The notes under the pieces: generated by a model
What the model saw: only the letters and a program-made list of their open reading frames with translations
Database searches by the model: none
Told to the model about the DNA's origin: nothing
Made by a program: the position numbers and the translations under genes
Shown: in pieces, positions 26,140-37,560 of the stretch
Layout: every line of letters begins with the position of its first letter
Position numbering within the stretch: the first letter of the stretch is position 1
DNA from: Chloroflexota bacterium
GTDB lineage: Bacteria > Chloroflexota > UBA11872
Assembly (NCBI GenBank): GCA_965219705.1
Contig: CBDCOK010000001.1
Location: 259 to 64,258 of the forward strand
Length of the DNA: 64,000 nucleotides
Direction of reading: 5' to 3'

Positions 26140-26751
26140 ATGAGCGACGTGCGGCTGGACCCCCAGCAGGTCCCGGCCCGGGCGGAGCTGCTGCTCGCTG
26201 CCGAGCTCGGCGAAGACGCGCCGGGCCAACCGATCTACGCCAGGCTGGAGCCCGACGGCGACGGCGAACGGATGGTCCGCATCAAGGTGGGCGCGATGCT
26301 GACGCGCCGCCTCTACGCGGCCGAGGCGACGGAGGCGCCCTCCGGGGCGGCGTACGGCAACCCGCTGCGGGGCCGGCCCGTGCGGGCTCCGAGCGTGCCG
26401 ATCGGGTCCGCCCTCCTCGCCCGGACCGACGCGGCGGACGCGCACGGCTGGCGCGTCTACCGCGTGACCCCCACCGGGGCCGTGATGATCAACGACGAGT
26501 GGATCGACGACGACCCGGCGAACGGCGGGCTCGCGCTCACGCGGCTGCGGGCCGCGGCGAGGCGAAGCCCGGAGGCGGCGCTGCGCCGCGCGGCGCCGGT
26601 GGCGCCGGAGCATCGCGCGCCGGCGGAGCCGCGCCTGAGCGGGCGCAGCACGAACGCGCCGCGCGGATGGCCGGCGGCCTCCTCGACCGGACGGCCGCGA
26701 TGCAGCGCGCGGCTGCCATCGTGCCCTTCCACAACCACCCGTACAGGGTGA
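26140..26751 (+). CDS. Hypothetical protein
   Basis: RBS aggaaggagcggaacgATG. Two palindromes (GCGCGCGCTATGCGCGC and GCCGCGCTGTGCGCGGC) lie ~80 nt upstream. Confidence 0.35.
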   Translation: MSDVRLDPQQVPARAELLLAAELGEDAPGQPIYARLEPDGDGERMVRIKVGAMLTRRLYAAEATEAPSGAAYGNPLRGRPVRAPSVPIGSALLARTDAADAHGWRVYRVTPTGAVMINDEWIDDDPANGGLALTRLRAAARRSPEAALRRAAPVAPEHRAPAEPRLSGRSTNAPRGWPAASSTGRPRCSARLPSCPSTTTRTG

Positions 26752-26987
26752 CCCCACGCCGAGCGTCGACGACGTCGCCCTGACCGAGCGGCTGCGGCAG
26801 GCCGGCACCCTGACGGACATCGAGGTCGTCGACCACGTGATCTGGCCGACACCCCGCTACTGCAGCAGCTTCAAGGAGACGGGACGCCTGTAGGCAACGA
26901 TAGCGGCGACCGGCTCCGGGCGCTGCTTCCCAGGTAACGCAACCGCCGGAAGCCCCGGCACATCCGCCCAGAAGGGAGTATCGAACC

Positions 26988-27674
26988 ATGTTCGGACTGC
27001 ATCCGAGTGCGCCCACACGCCCCGAAGACTACGCGGCCGGCCGCGCCGGACGGCCGCTCAGGAACACCCGGGTCAGACCCCGCGGGCTCACGCCCAGGCG
27101 GCTCGCGCAGCTGGCCGGCGCCGACCCGCGCGCGGTAGGGCACGCGACGCCGGACCCGTGGGTGCCCGAGCCTGCCCTCGTGCTGAGCGACGTCGTCGCC
27201 GGCCGAGAGCCCTGGACGGGAACGCTCCTCGACCCGGCCAGCCCGCGGCCGGTGCCGATCGGGAGCCTGGTCCGCCGCAGCGCAGGGCCGGCGACGGCGC
27301 GCCACTGGCTGGTGTGGCCCGACGCGCGGCTGCGCCCGGCGAAGCGGCTCGCGGGGGCGGATCCGCGGTCCGTGGCCGCCTACCTCGACGAGCCCGCGAT
27401 GGCTCACTTCGCCCGCGAGCTCGACGAGGCGGCCGTGAGGACGGCCATGGCCGACCACGGCGACGGCCCGTTCGACGCTCACGTCATCGAATGCGCCGTC
27501 GCGGGAGGCTACGGCGGCGACGCCGCGGCGGCCGATGCCGTGACGGCGTGGATCGTCGAGACGCTCCGCCAGGAGATCCCGAAGGGCGGCCGCCACGCCA
27601 GCATCCCGCGCACGTTCGGCCGCCGAGCTCGGAGCCGGCACGCCCAACGCCAGCTGGTGTGCCGATGGCTCTGA
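26988..27674 (+). CDS. Hypothetical protein
   Basis: RBS gaagggagtatcgaaccATG. No family recognised. Confidence 0.3.
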   Translation: MFGLHPSAPTRPEDYAAGRAGRPLRNTRVRPRGLTPRRLAQLAGADPRAVGHATPDPWVPEPALVLSDVVAGREPWTGTLLDPASPRPVPIGSLVRRSAGPATARHWLVWPDARLRPAKRLAGADPRSVAAYLDEPAMAHFARELDEAAVRTAMADHGDGPFDAHVIECAVAGGYGGDAAAADAVTAWIVETLRQEIPKGGRHASIPRTFGRRARSRHAQRQLVCRWL

Positions 27675-28141
27675 CAGGGGCGGCCCGTGTGGCCGTGATC
27701 ACCCGCCGCGGCCACTCGGAGGATCGGGCTCGCCCGGTCGCGCGACGAGGCCGGGCGCTGCATGGAAGACGCGATCCGCTACCGCGCCGCGAGCGTTGGG
27801 CCGAGGCCCGCGAGACCGACCGGAAGGAGACCTTCGTGAAGGCCATGGCCGCGGCCTTCGGAACGAACCCGCCGCCGGCATGGCTCAAGCTCGCCGCCGA
27901 CGCCCGCCGACGGCCGCTCCGCTGAGCGCCGCCCGGCTTCGAGCCCGCCCGCGCCTCCGCCGCCGAGTCCGGCCCCGTCGACATCGCCCCCGCCGCCGAG
28001 CTCCCCGCCTGGATGAAACGGCTGACGCTCCCGCCGGCCGAAACGCAACCGCCCGCCCGGCCGCCGGCCCCGACGGCGGACCGGAACGGCATCGGTGCAT
28101 GCGCGCCGATAGCGCCGCGTTCACCGCCCGGAGGACGACCC

Positions 28142-28498
28142 ATGACACTCATCGACCTGCTCCCCCCGGAGCAACGGCGACAGCTGCGGCGACTGCGCAA
28201 ACGCATCGCCAAACGCCAGTACATGCACCGCGTCCGCGAGCAGCGCAAGCTGCTCTGCGTCGGCGTGGACCTGCCCATCGATGCCGGCACCTGCGGCCGC
28301 TTCGTGCACGCCGGCTATCAGCGCTGCGTCCACTGCACGAGGCGGCGCTGGTGGCTGCTCAAGCACGCGCTGAACGCCGCGGAGGTCGCCGTCACCGCAA
28401 TGCTCGACGAGCACGCGGCTGACAACGACGCTCTCGACGGTGTCCCGGTGGCCGTCCCGCTTCTCGAGGACGTCGGCGACCCCTGCCTGCGCTGGTGA
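28142..28498 (+). CDS. Hypothetical Cys-containing small protein
   Basis: MTLIDLLPPEQRRQLRRLRKRIAKRQYMHRV...CGRFVHAGYQRCVHCTRRRWW. Confidence 0.3.
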   Translation: MTLIDLLPPEQRRQLRRLRKRIAKRQYMHRVREQRKLLCVGVDLPIDAGTCGRFVHAGYQRCVHCTRRRWWLLKHALNAAEVAVTAMLDEHAADNDALDGVPVAVPLLEDVGDPCLRW

Positions 28499-28529
28499 GG
28501 TGCCGGGCAGGAGACGACCGGCAATGCTC

Positions 28530-28880
28530 GGACACTCCGCCAGCCCTCCGGCATCGCCGCTGGATCTCCGAGGTGCGCCAGCATTACCCCGGCTGGCAAC
28601 CTCACGCTCGCCAAGAATCGCTCCTTCCGGGCCGTCCGGACGCTGCGCGAACGGCGCGGCGACGTCGCCCCGACCGCCCGCGTCGTCGGGCTCTCCGCGC
28701 AGGCCGTCAGCGAGCGGTTCGCGGCGCCCGCCCGGGCCGCCGGCGACGAGTCGCGGCTGACCGCCCACTCGGGCCGCGTCGGGGGTCTCGACGCACGCCA
28801 TTCAGCTCGCCGGCGGCTGGAAGATCCCCTCGATGGTCCTCCGCTATGCCGCGACCGTCGCCACCCGCGACGGCGGCGTC
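28530..28880 (+). pseudogene. Tyrosine recombinase C-terminal remnant (frameshifted)
   Basis: ...RLTAHSGRVGG / (+1 frame) STHAIQLAGGWKIPSMVLRYAATVATRDGG corresponds to the H-x-x-R...G-G-W-K-S-x-x-M-V-x-R-Y catalytic region. Confidence 0.4.
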
Positions 28881-29645
28881 CAGCCGATACCTGCGTTGAA
28901 GAGGAGCCGTGCGGCTCGAGAACGTCCCGATCCGCCCACGGCGGGCGCCGCGGCCGAGAAGGAGAGCACGGAACCACACGGGGGGAGGAGAGGGGAGGCA
29001 CGATCAAAGCGCGACAAGGAGGTCGCCTGCCGCGACCCAGAGCAGCGGATCGCCTCGGGCCTGAGCGAGACCGAGGTGGAAACGATCGTCACGGCGCTGT
29101 GCGCGGTCGCCGAGTCCGTCGAGACCCGGTTCCTGCGGCGTCCCGCGTGCTGTGCTGCCGGCAGGCCCACGCCGGCCGCAGCCCCGATCCTGAGCCGGAC
29201 TGCGGCGACCTACACTTTGCAGCCACTGCCGGCAACCGCTGCGGCGCGTCAAGCGCCGCGACGAACCCGACGCAGCGGCGGGACTGTTCGTGTAGCGCCA
29301 GCAGCGCCGGGCCGGCGGGCGAGGTACTGAACGCCCACCGCGTCAGGCCGCGCTTGCGCCGTGAGGTAGTCGATCGCCGCCTGCATCTCGCCGGCGTCCC
29401 ATGTGTTCCAGTCGTCGCTGGCGGGCAGCCCTTCGACGTCGGTGCTCCGGCCCACGGCGACGATCTGGACTACCAGACGCTCGCACAACGCCAGAAAGCG
29501 CCGCGTCAAGGCGGGCGACGGAAGCTCGTTCACCGGTTGCGGTTCAGTTTGTCCCCCCCAGAGTCGGGGCGGGGTCAGGTAAGCAGGAGGCGCAATCCGG
29601 CGAGGATGGCGGCAGCGATGGCGATCCCGGTTCCCACGATCGGGT

Positions 29646-29891
29646 CAATGAATCCAGGCGGTTTCTGGCCGCGCGTGGCGGCGAAGCGGGGTTGACGTAG
29701 TGGGCGTTATGCGACGCCGGCCGGGGCGGCCAGGCAGGGCAGGCTGCGGAACAACTCGCGGCAATGCTCCTCGAGGCCGTATCGAACGACGTCCGCGGCG
29801 GGCTCGATGCGCCATACCAACCTGAGCCTGAGTCCCCGAATCGGCCTTCCCCGTGGTAGGTTGGCTCTTCTCAGCAAAGGAGCAGAACACC
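29646..29891 (+). promoter_or_regulatory. Conserved ~250-bp leader of DGR-target paralogues (copy B); begins CAATGAATCC, contains GGGCGTTATG(C/G)GACGCCGG
   Basis: Near-identical leaders at 44686-44934 and 55345-55576. RBS AAAGGAG 8 nt before the ATG. Confidence 0.5.
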
Positions 29892-31460
29892 ATGCGGACC
29901 GTTGCCGACTCGATGCTGGTTCTGTGCGCGTTGGTGTGCACGGCGTCGGTGGCCTCGGCGCAGCCGCCGGTGGGTGCGCTGGCGATCGACGAGCGGCAGG
30001 GCGACCAGTATGGCTGGGCGGTGGACTACGAGACGGCGGGCGCCGCGCAGGCGCGGGCGCTCGGCGAGTGCGGCGCTGGTTGCCGGGTGGTGTTGACGTT
30101 CAACCGTTGCGCCGCCTACGCGGTAGATCAGGACGCGGACAGCACGGCGGTGGGCTGGGCGGAATCGTTCACGTCGTCGTCGTCGGCCCAGCAGGCGGCG
30201 CTGTCGGAATGCAGCTCACGGGGCGGTTCCGGTTGCGTCGTTCGGGTGTGGGGCTGCAACGGCCCGGTGGTCGAGGAGGCTCTGGGGCTCGACCGCGGGG
30301 CGCGTCAGCAGATTCAGCGGGGCCTGCAGTCGGCGGGCTTCGACCCGGGCGGTGCGGACGGCTTGTTCGGTCCGCGCACGCGCGCAGCGATTCGGCGCTG
30401 GCAGACGTCCCGTGGTTCTCGCGCGACGGGCTATCTGGATGGCGCGTCGGTGGCGGCGCTGCGACCGTCGGCACCGGGTCAGCCGACGTTCCGCCAGCGG
30501 GAGGCGGTCGGTGCGGACACGGCTGCGGCACCTGCCGTCTCCGCGCCGCCGCCGCCAGCGGCCTCCGCCGAGCTCGAGGGGCTGTTCTGGCAGTCGGTCA
30601 TGAACAGCACGAACCCGTCGGAGTTCGAGGCGTATCTGCGGCGGTTCCCGAACGGGCTGTTCAGCGAGCTGGCCGAGGCCCGTCTGGCGGCGCTGCGCGC
30701 GCCGGCGGGCGGGCCGCCGGGTGCGGCAGGGGCGGCGGTCGGCGGCGCCAGGCCGACCTCGGGTTCGCGGGCCTCCGGGGCGACGGCGCCGGCATCCGGG
30801 TCGCGGGTCGGCGCCGGGCCCGGGCGGGGCTTCGGTGCGGCGGCCGGCGCGGACGCTCGTCCCCGGCCGGGCGCGGTGTTCCGGGACTGCGACGTGTGCC
30901 CGGAGATGGTGGTGATGCCGGACGGCCGCCTGGCACTGGGCCGCTACGAGGTGACGGTGGGCGAGTATGGGGCGTTCGCGGCGGCGACGGGGGGCGGCGC
31001 GGGCGCCGGATGCATCACCGTTGGCGATGGCGATTCGTGGCGGGACCCCGGCTTTCCGCAGACGGATCGTCATCCTGTGACGTGCGTGAGCTGGGACGAC
31101 GCGCAGGCGTACGTGTCGTGGCTGAGCGGGCAGGCGGGGGCGACGTATCGGTTGCCGACGGAGACGGAATGGGACCGGGCGGCCGCGGGGTCCCAGCGCG
31201 GGTGCGACTATGGGCGGACGGACATCTTTGGCACGTGCCCGGTGGGCTCCTATGGGGCGAACGGCGCGGGTCTGTTCGGCATGGTCGGGAACTTGTGGGA
31301 ATGGACGCAGGACTGCTGGGAGGACTGTGGCCGCCGCGTGCTGCGCGGCGGCTCCTGGGACTTCGGCGCGGAGTTCCAGCGGCCCGGCGCGCGCTACTGG
31401 GACACCGCCGGCGGCCGGAGCGGCAACGTCGGTTTCCGTGTCGCGAGGACGCCGGATTAG
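29892..31460 (+). CDS. DGR-target paralogue B (same architecture as A); C-terminal VR at ~31329-31454
   Basis: MRTVADSMLVLCALVCTASVASAQPPVGALAIDERQGDQYGWAVDYETAGAAQ... ; ends RVLRGGSWDFGAEFQRPGARYWDTAGGRSGNVGFRVARTPD. Confidence 0.85.
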   Translation: MRTVADSMLVLCALVCTASVASAQPPVGALAIDERQGDQYGWAVDYETAGAAQARALGECGAGCRVVLTFNRCAAYAVDQDADSTAVGWAESFTSSSSAQQAALSECSSRGGSGCVVRVWGCNGPVVEEALGLDRGARQQIQRGLQSAGFDPGGADGLFGPRTRAAIRRWQTSRGSRATGYLDGASVAALRPSAPGQPTFRQREAVGADTAAAPAVSAPPPPAASAELEGLFWQSVMNSTNPSEFEAYLRRFPNGLFSELAEARLAALRAPAGGPPGAAGAAVGGARPTSGSRASGATAPASGSRVGAGPGRGFGAAAGADARPRPGAVFRDCDVCPEMVVMPDGRLALGRYEVTVGEYGAFAAATGGGAGAGCITVGDGDSWRDPGFPQTDRHPVTCVSWDDAQAYVSWLSGQAGATYRLPTETEWDRAAAGSQRGCDYGRTDIFGTCPVGSYGANGAGLFGMVGNLWEWTQDCWEDCGRRVLRGGSWDFGAEFQRPGARYWDTAGGRSGNVGFRVARTPD

Positions 31461-31707
31461 GTCTTGATTCTTTTCTTCTTTTAGTTCTTGGGGGGTCTGG
31501 GGGGCTGCGCCCCATAAGCGCTAACTTGTGTGGATCACATGGTTCTCGGGCAGCTCAGTCCAGCCGAAGTACGCGGAGAGTTGCGGTTGTCGGCGACGTG
31601 GCGGCTCCGCCAGCTCGCGGGAGATCGTTCGCCAGTCACTGATCAGGCGCGCCAGCGGGAGCGACGGTTCGATGGTGCGCGCGACCTGGTTGAGTACGAA
31701 CTTGAAG

Positions 31708-32067
31708 TCACGCCACGGGCTGCGGGGGCGCCGGCGCCGGCACGTCGTAGCCCCAGGGGGAAATCGCGCGGGCGTGGTGGATCAGCTTCTCCACCAACAG
31801 CGCCACGAACAGTTTCCCGTAGAGCCACGCCTTGGCGCTGTCGTCGTCGTACTTCGGCACGTGCCCCAACTGGGCCAGCGACTTGAAGCGCTTGAACACC
31901 AATTCGACCTGCCAGCGCAGGCGATACCACTCCAGCACGTCCGCGGCGGAAAAGGGCGGCTCGGGAAAGGTTGTCAAGACGATCACGTACTCGGCAAACC
32001 GCAGGGTGGCCGGTTGCACCTGCTTGCCTTTGCGGCTAGCGGCGCGACGGATCTTCTTGTGCGCCAA
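31708..32067 (-). pseudogene. IS4/IS5-superfamily DDE transposase C-terminal fragment
   Basis: ...VLEWYRLRWQVELVFKRFKSLAQLGHVPKYDDDSAKAWLYGKLFVALL is a typical DDE_Tnp_1 C-terminus. Confidence 0.45.
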
Positions 32068-32211
32068 GCGGATGGCTTCGGCCGACTTGATCTCGCTGAA
32101 CAGGCGGTGTTCGATGGGGGTTCCACTTCGACGTGGCGGGCGGGTAGTGGGCCACCCTCACCCGCAAGCCGTGTCGGTTGCAGAGGCGATGTTGCAGGTT
32201 CGGGTACCGAC

Positions 32212-33660
32212 AACATTCGTGTTGTGATACACGCTAAGGGCTACGCCTCGTGAGCTTGGCGGGGTCGATCTTGATCTCGCCGTAGAGGATGACGTTCTTC
32301 CACTCGATCGGGCTGACATGCCGCAGTAGGTCGGGGTCGAACGGGAAGTCGGGCGCGGCGGCCAGCCGTGAGATCTCCCGGGCCTGCCAGTAGACGATGC
32401 AGGCGAGAATCAGGGTCAGGCACGAGCACGCGTTCATCTGGTCGTAGACCTCTCGGGCGCTGATGCGCCCTCGCTGCCCGTAGTAGACGGCCCGCGCCAG
32501 GGCGTGGAGCTGCTCGACCTTGAGCAGGCCCCGCCGCACCTTCGCCCGCAGTTGCGGCTCGGACATGTACTGCAGCACGAACTCGGTCTTCAGCGCGCGG
32601 CCGAGCTCGCGGTTGGCGGCGTAGAAGCGGTTCGAGGCCTGGAAGCGGTTGAGCCTCTGCAGGGCGGCCGATGCCGTGGCGTGCCCGGCGGGGAAAGCCG
32701 CGTAGAACTGGCCGATGCGGTCCCACTGCTCGGCGATGAGGCGGAAGTTCACCGCCCGCCGGCCACGCTGGGAGGACCGGCTCGAGGACGCCGTGGTCGC
32801 GGGCCGGGTCGGCGCAGTAGATCCGCTGGCGGTGCAGGCTGCGAATGCGGGGGCAGAACCGCATGCCGATCATCACGAAGGCGGCGAAGTTGATCTCGGT
32901 GTAGCCGTGGGTGTCGGTGTAGTGCTCTTCGAGGTCGAGGTCGCTCTCGTGGTAGAGCACGCCGTCGAGCACGAAGGGCGCGTCGCGGTCGGTGCACTCG
33001 ATCGGGCGGCTGTAGAACGGGGCGTAGTTGTCGGCGACGAACGAGTAGAACTCGAGCGCGAAGTCGTTGAAGCGGGTGCTGTAGGTCCGCTGCAGAACCT
33101 TGTGCGGCATGGCGAAGCGCTGCCCGTCGCTGGCCGACGTCGTGCCGTCGCCCCAATGGCCGGCGGCGTCGAGGCGGGAGATGCCATGGACGATGGTGGC
33201 GAGCGCGGCGCGCTGGTTCTCCTCGACGAGACGCCAATCGCTGACGTGCTTGAGCCGCCTGTAGGCGATGTCGGGCGCGACCTTCTCCATGGTGTAGAGG
33301 CCGAGGTTGCAGCCGTGGGCGAGGATCGCGGCGAGCAGCGCGCACACCTCCCCGGGGTCGACCCGCTTCTCGCCGGGCTGCTGGGAAGTGGACGCTGAAC
33401 CCGAGGTCGTTCTCGACCTCGATGAGTAGGTCGGCGAGCCGGATCGTGCGGCTGCGGGCGTCCAGCCAGCGGTGCAGCTCGGCGAGGCGGTCCGATTGCG
33501 CCGGGTCGGGCTGCTCGGCCGGGTCCGTCTTGAGCCGCCCCCGTCGTCGTCGAACGCGACCTGCCGGTTGTCAGCGACACCCTCCATTTCGGTGGAGGTG
33601 TCCACCGACTCGTCGGCGGCGCTCGCGGCCGGCACCGGCACGGGAACCGCCACTGACGTG
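32212..33660 (-). mobile_element. tnpA: Truncated copy of the Tn3-family transposon (inverted repeat + tnpA C-terminal ~470 codons, frameshifted near 32760); cut by the ISL3-derived remnant
   Basis: Inverted repeat GGGTACCGACAACATTCGTGTTGTGATACACGCTAAGGG at 32212-32250 matches 51412-51450. The protein is ~97% identical to residues ~590-971 of TnpA at 51444-54359. The reading frame switches between ORFs 32241-33653 and 32234-32752. Confidence 0.7.
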
Positions 33661-33669
33661 GCCAGAGAC

Positions 33670-34012
33670 CGTCCCGGTCGCGGGTGGGTCGAGGTCGATC
33701 GATGGGCTCCGCCACGGGTAGCTACGCGACGGGCGGCGTGTCAACGCGCTGCGCGCGTCCTCCGCGTGCGCTTCGGCCCTGGCGGGTGACACGCCGGCCG
33801 TCCCTCCGCTCAAAGCGGAATTATGGGCCTTGCGGCCCTGCCTGGACGGCGGCGTCCAGGCCGTCGACGTCTTCACGCCGGACGCGCGAGGAACAGGCGG
33901 GCGCGTGGGCTTGGTATGCGTAGTCGCGAGGGCGCAGCAGAGGCCGTGAACACGGGGGTTCTTGGGGGTCGCGAGCCGTCGACCTGCGGCCGTTCCCACC
34001 CACACGAATTTG
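33670..34012. mobile_element. ISL3-derived internally deleted remnant (MITE-like, ~340 bp)
   Basis: Left-end-like segment GGGTGGGTCGAGGTCGATCGATGGGCTCCGCCACGGGTAGCTACGCGACGGGCGGCGTGTCAACGCGCTGCGCGCG and right end CCCACCCACACGAATTTGAGGAGA. It lacks the transposase gene. Confidence 0.5.
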
Positions 34013-34270
34013 AGGAGACTCGAACTCAAAGATCAAGGGGACTAGGAGTCTGCGCCGTAGAAAACTTTCGCCCCCACATGATGTGTTTAACTCGACATAT
34101 ACCCACAACATGCAGGGGTCGATCTGGCCTAGAAGCGTTCCAAGGCGCAGACTCCTAGGGGTGCTCGCAATGCGGGCAGTCCCGGTCCGCCACCGCAGCC
34201 TGCTCGTGGAGCTGATCAAGGAACGCCGACCCGTGTGACGGTCGACGAGCGCCCCACCATACCCTGAAGC

Positions 34271-36427
34271 TCAAAAGGCTCCGCCGACCTTCGCGACTGC
34301 GCCGAACAGACTTGAGAAGATGTTCGAGTCCAGGCTCACGCCCACGAACCATGCGCACGCGTGCCCATGATGCGTGAACGCAGGGAACATCTCGTCTGAC
34401 TTCGCCTTCTTGAGCAGTGTATCGCCAAGCGTCATGTCCTCAAGTTCATACTTCGCCCAATGCCTCCCGGCCATGAGCTCCACGCCGCCATAGGGCCCCC
34501 ACGAAAAACCGAACAACGCACCGGGCACCTTGTTGACTGGAATGCCGACAAGAAACCCCGGCTGCCACCAATTGCTTGAGCCTGGGAACAGATCGCGCTC
34601 CCACGGATGGATCTTGACGCCGACCACGTACGACATCTGCGCGGTCGACGTTCCGACCTCCTTGGGAACGCCTGTGTGGTTGTCCCTGTCGCCGTGACGA
34701 AGTCGGAACCGGTACTCCGGCGTCTCCAGGAAGGTCCAGGTGAACGCACCGAACGCCGCAAGGCGATACGTGCGGTGAACTTCGAAGATCCCCTGGCCCA
34801 CGAAACGGAACCCTTCACCCGGCGCGTCCGCCGTTGTCGCCCCTGTTTCGTCAGCACGCACTCTCCCCCCTTGCGGAAAGCTGATGGTCTCCGGCACCGT
34901 CGCGGGCACGACCGCATAGGGTTCACGCGTAGTCTGTTGGAACACCCGGAAGGTCACAACCGAGTTGCGGTCGTAGACTCCCAGCGACAACTCGATCTCC
35001 TGACCTCGACTGTGAGCCAGAATCGTGTTGATCCCCTTGAATAATCTGGCCGCCCCCTCGTTCAGCAGCGACAGCTCCCGATCGATCGCCGAGCGGGCGA
35101 CCATGACCCGGGCAACCGCCGTGTGGACCGCGTGCCGCAAGTCCGGCGTGTCTCTCTCGCAGCAGCCCGACCTTGAGGCGAGGTCGATTTCCCTCTGAAG
35201 GCGTTCCCTCGCGTTCCGGAGAATCGTCACGGCCGTGCCGTCGCCGCATTCCCGGCAGACCTCCTGCCCCGTCGTTCCCACCGTAGCGGCGCTTCCCCGG
35301 AGCACTTCCCGGAGATCGCGGCCGAACATCTTGAGCCATTCGATGTGCGAGTCCTCCGTGGCGGCGAGCTCCCCCGTGAACCGCTCTGCGATAGCGCGCA
35401 GCTCCTCGGGCGTGCGGACGTCCGAGTACTCGTCGTCGAGCCGGTTCGCGAAGTCCAGTACCCAGCGATCCCGCAGGGTGGTCCGGGAGAGATGCGGTCC
35501 GCGGTTATCCTCGACCAGCTCGTCGAGCAGCTTCAGCGCCGCTCCGTGGGTCCGGAGGTTGTCGAGATGCTGGTTCATCCGGGTGTCGAGATCCTCGGTA
35601 TCTCTGACGACTCTGTCGAGGAGTCCATCGACGCCCACCGCCCGCCAGCGCTCGCCGATGTGCCGGTGGTTCACGACCAGTCGGTCAGTGCGTGCGATCC
35701 ACTCTCGAATCTCCCGGCGTTCATTGGCATGGACGAGTTGCTTCCTCTTTTCCGCGGGAGAAAGCCTGCAGAAGTCCCTCTCGGGCACCTTGAGCTTTCC
35801 GCGAAGGTCTGCGAGGGCGCGCGTCAGCGACGGTACCCGGTCATGAGGTGGACCGCCCAATCCCTCACCCAACACCGGCTCGACAGCTTCGTGGAGCTCC
35901 CTCAGGTCGGTCGCGACGGTTCGGACCCCGTCGACGATCTTCTGGCGATCGCTCTGAATCTGCAGGATCAGCTGCCTGGCCGACTCGCGCGTGAGGAAGC
36001 CACGAACGACCGACTCGATGGTAGCGGGTTCGATGACGATGTTCGCGATGTCCTGTGCGCCCTTCGTTTCCGGCAGGGCCTGCTCGCCCACGTCGATCGA
36101 AGAGAGCTGCCCCCCCTGGACGCGTGGAAGTGCGTCGGGAACCTCCAGCGCCTCTACGAGCATGCGATACGAGGTGAAGAGCTTCGGATACCGAATGGTC
36201 AAGGACACCGGGGTTCCCGCCTTGACCGCGTGCAGCTCTCTGTCGAAGGGCACCGTCGTCTTCTTGCCGAGAAACTCGACGTCGACGAGAGTCCGCTCGC
36301 TGCAGCCGTCGAAGACGAAGGAGTCGTGCCAGCGATCGGCGGATGCGGCCGTCGGGAAGAACACCGCGGCAGACAGGACCAGGGTCGCCGAAACACCGAT
36401 CGACCTCGACGGTAGCCGTAAGCACAT
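34271..36427 (-). CDS. Secreted protein, probable outer-membrane beta-barrel C-terminus (718 aa)
   Basis: Signal peptide MCLRLPSRSIGVSATLVLSAAVFFPTAASA. The C-terminal ~250 aa are Gly/aromatic-rich and end in ...AVAKVGGAF (terminal F). Confidence 0.45.
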   Translation of the reverse strand: MCLRLPSRSIGVSATLVLSAAVFFPTAASADRWHDSFVFDGCSERTLVDVEFLGKKTTVPFDRELHAVKAGTPVSLTIRYPKLFTSYRMLVEALEVPDALPRVQGGQLSSIDVGEQALPETKGAQDIANIVIEPATIESVVRGFLTRESARQLILQIQSDRQKIVDGVRTVATDLRELHEAVEPVLGEGLGGPPHDRVPSLTRALADLRGKLKVPERDFCRLSPAEKRKQLVHANERREIREWIARTDRLVVNHRHIGERWRAVGVDGLLDRVVRDTEDLDTRMNQHLDNLRTHGAALKLLDELVEDNRGPHLSRTTLRDRWVLDFANRLDDEYSDVRTPEELRAIAERFTGELAATEDSHIEWLKMFGRDLREVLRGSAATVGTTGQEVCRECGDGTAVTILRNARERLQREIDLASRSGCCERDTPDLRHAVHTAVARVMVARSAIDRELSLLNEGAARLFKGINTILAHSRGQEIELSLGVYDRNSVVTFRVFQQTTREPYAVVPATVPETISFPQGGRVRADETGATTADAPGEGFRFVGQGIFEVHRTYRLAAFGAFTWTFLETPEYRFRLRHGDRDNHTGVPKEVGTSTAQMSYVVGVKIHPWERDLFPGSSNWWQPGFLVGIPVNKVPGALFGFSWGPYGGVELMAGRHWAKYELEDMTLGDTLLKKAKSDEMFPAFTHHGHACAWFVGVSLDSNIFSSLFGAVAKVGGAF

Positions 36428-36439
36428 GTCACATCTCCT

Positions 36440-37558
36440 CTATGCGGTGGGGTCGCCGAGCAATTGGAACTGCAGCAACGTCTTAAGCTCGTAGTTGGTT
36501 CCGACACGGTCGGGGCGGCGCTCGATGCGTTCCAGAAACTGCTCCCGTGCTTCACGGAACGCCTCGCCGGACCCGAGAGAATCTCTCACCCCGTCGAAGA
36601 ACACGGACGCGAGAAAGTCGGCATTCTCGAGGTCGAGGGAGCCTCCGGATCGGCCCTTCGTCAGGTGGGCGCCGTAGGCGAGACCCGTGGCCGCCACGAC
36701 CGAACGCATACCCGAGCGAAACCCGGTGTCGATGCAGGTCTCGCCGCGCGGGCCTGACCGCGGCTTGAAGCCGTAGCAGTTCTCGCAGTACATGCTCGAC
36801 CCGGCCACCTCGGGAAAGCTGAAGCTCACGTGATCCATGACCCTCACGAAACCCGACCGCTCGTCGAACGCCTGCCATTCGTCGTGGTCCGGACGTCCGT
36901 GAAGGTTGACGTAGAGCCAGCGGCACGTCAGGTCGTCCCGATGTCTTTCGTCGAGCTCGTAGTGCGGCGCGATGCGAAAGAGGACCGGTCCGGGCATCCG
37001 CTCAGCGACGTGGGCTCCCGTGTGCCGCCATTCCTCGCTCACGATGGCGGTCGCGCCGGACTTCGCGGGCGCGGGGCTCCCCACGAGATCGATGAGGGCG
37101 AGAAAGTCCTCGAGCCGCTTGGAGCGAGGACTCGGAAGCCGGCTCACGATGCGGGGACACCTGACGTAGTCCCATAGCGTCTCGCCGTCGGCCCCGTACG
37201 GCAGGTCCGTCAGCACGACCGCGTCGGCGTCGAGAGCGCGATTGCGAACCGGGTTCACGACCTCGACCATGGGAAGCACGCCATGCCCTCCCACCAATAG
37301 CACCGCGTCGCAGTCCTGGCGCTGCGCGTACGCCCGGACGGTCGCGACAGTCCCCCTCGACGACCCGGAACCCAGGGCGGACAGTCCGGCCGCCGCCATT
37401 GCCACGGGGTCGTCGAGAACTGCAAGGTGACCCTCTATGGACTGCGCGGCGAGCCGGTCGACGAGGTGTTCGAGGCGCTTGCTCAAGGTGGGGTACGCCT
37501 CGGAGCCGAACTCCACCTCGATTCCGGCGGCCGCGGTGACAATCAGGAGGGCGTTCAT
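36440..37558 (-). CDS. Hypothetical protein (373 aa from the ATG at 37558); possible caspase-like HG...C motifs
   Basis: MNALLIVTAAAGIEVEFG...LLVGGHGVLPMVEV...WLYVNLHGRPDHDEW...SSMYCENCYG. Middle gene of a three-gene minus-strand operon. Confidence 0.4.
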   Translation of the reverse strand: MNALLIVTAAAGIEVEFGSEAYPTLSKRLEHLVDRLAAQSIEGHLAVLDDPVAMAAAGLSALGSGSSRGTVATVRAYAQRQDCDAVLLVGGHGVLPMVEVVNPVRNRALDADAVVLTDLPYGADGETLWDYVRCPRIVSRLPSPRSKRLEDFLALIDLVGSPAPAKSGATAIVSEEWRHTGAHVAERMPGPVLFRIAPHYELDERHRDDLTCRWLYVNLHGRPDHDEWQAFDERSGFVRVMDHVSFSFPEVAGSSMYCENCYGFKPRSGPRGETCIDTGFRSGMRSVVAATGLAYGAHLTKGRSGGSLDLENADFLASVFFDGVRDSLGSGEAFREAREQFLERIERRPDRVGTNYELKTLLQFQLLGDPTA

Positions 37559-37560
37559 GG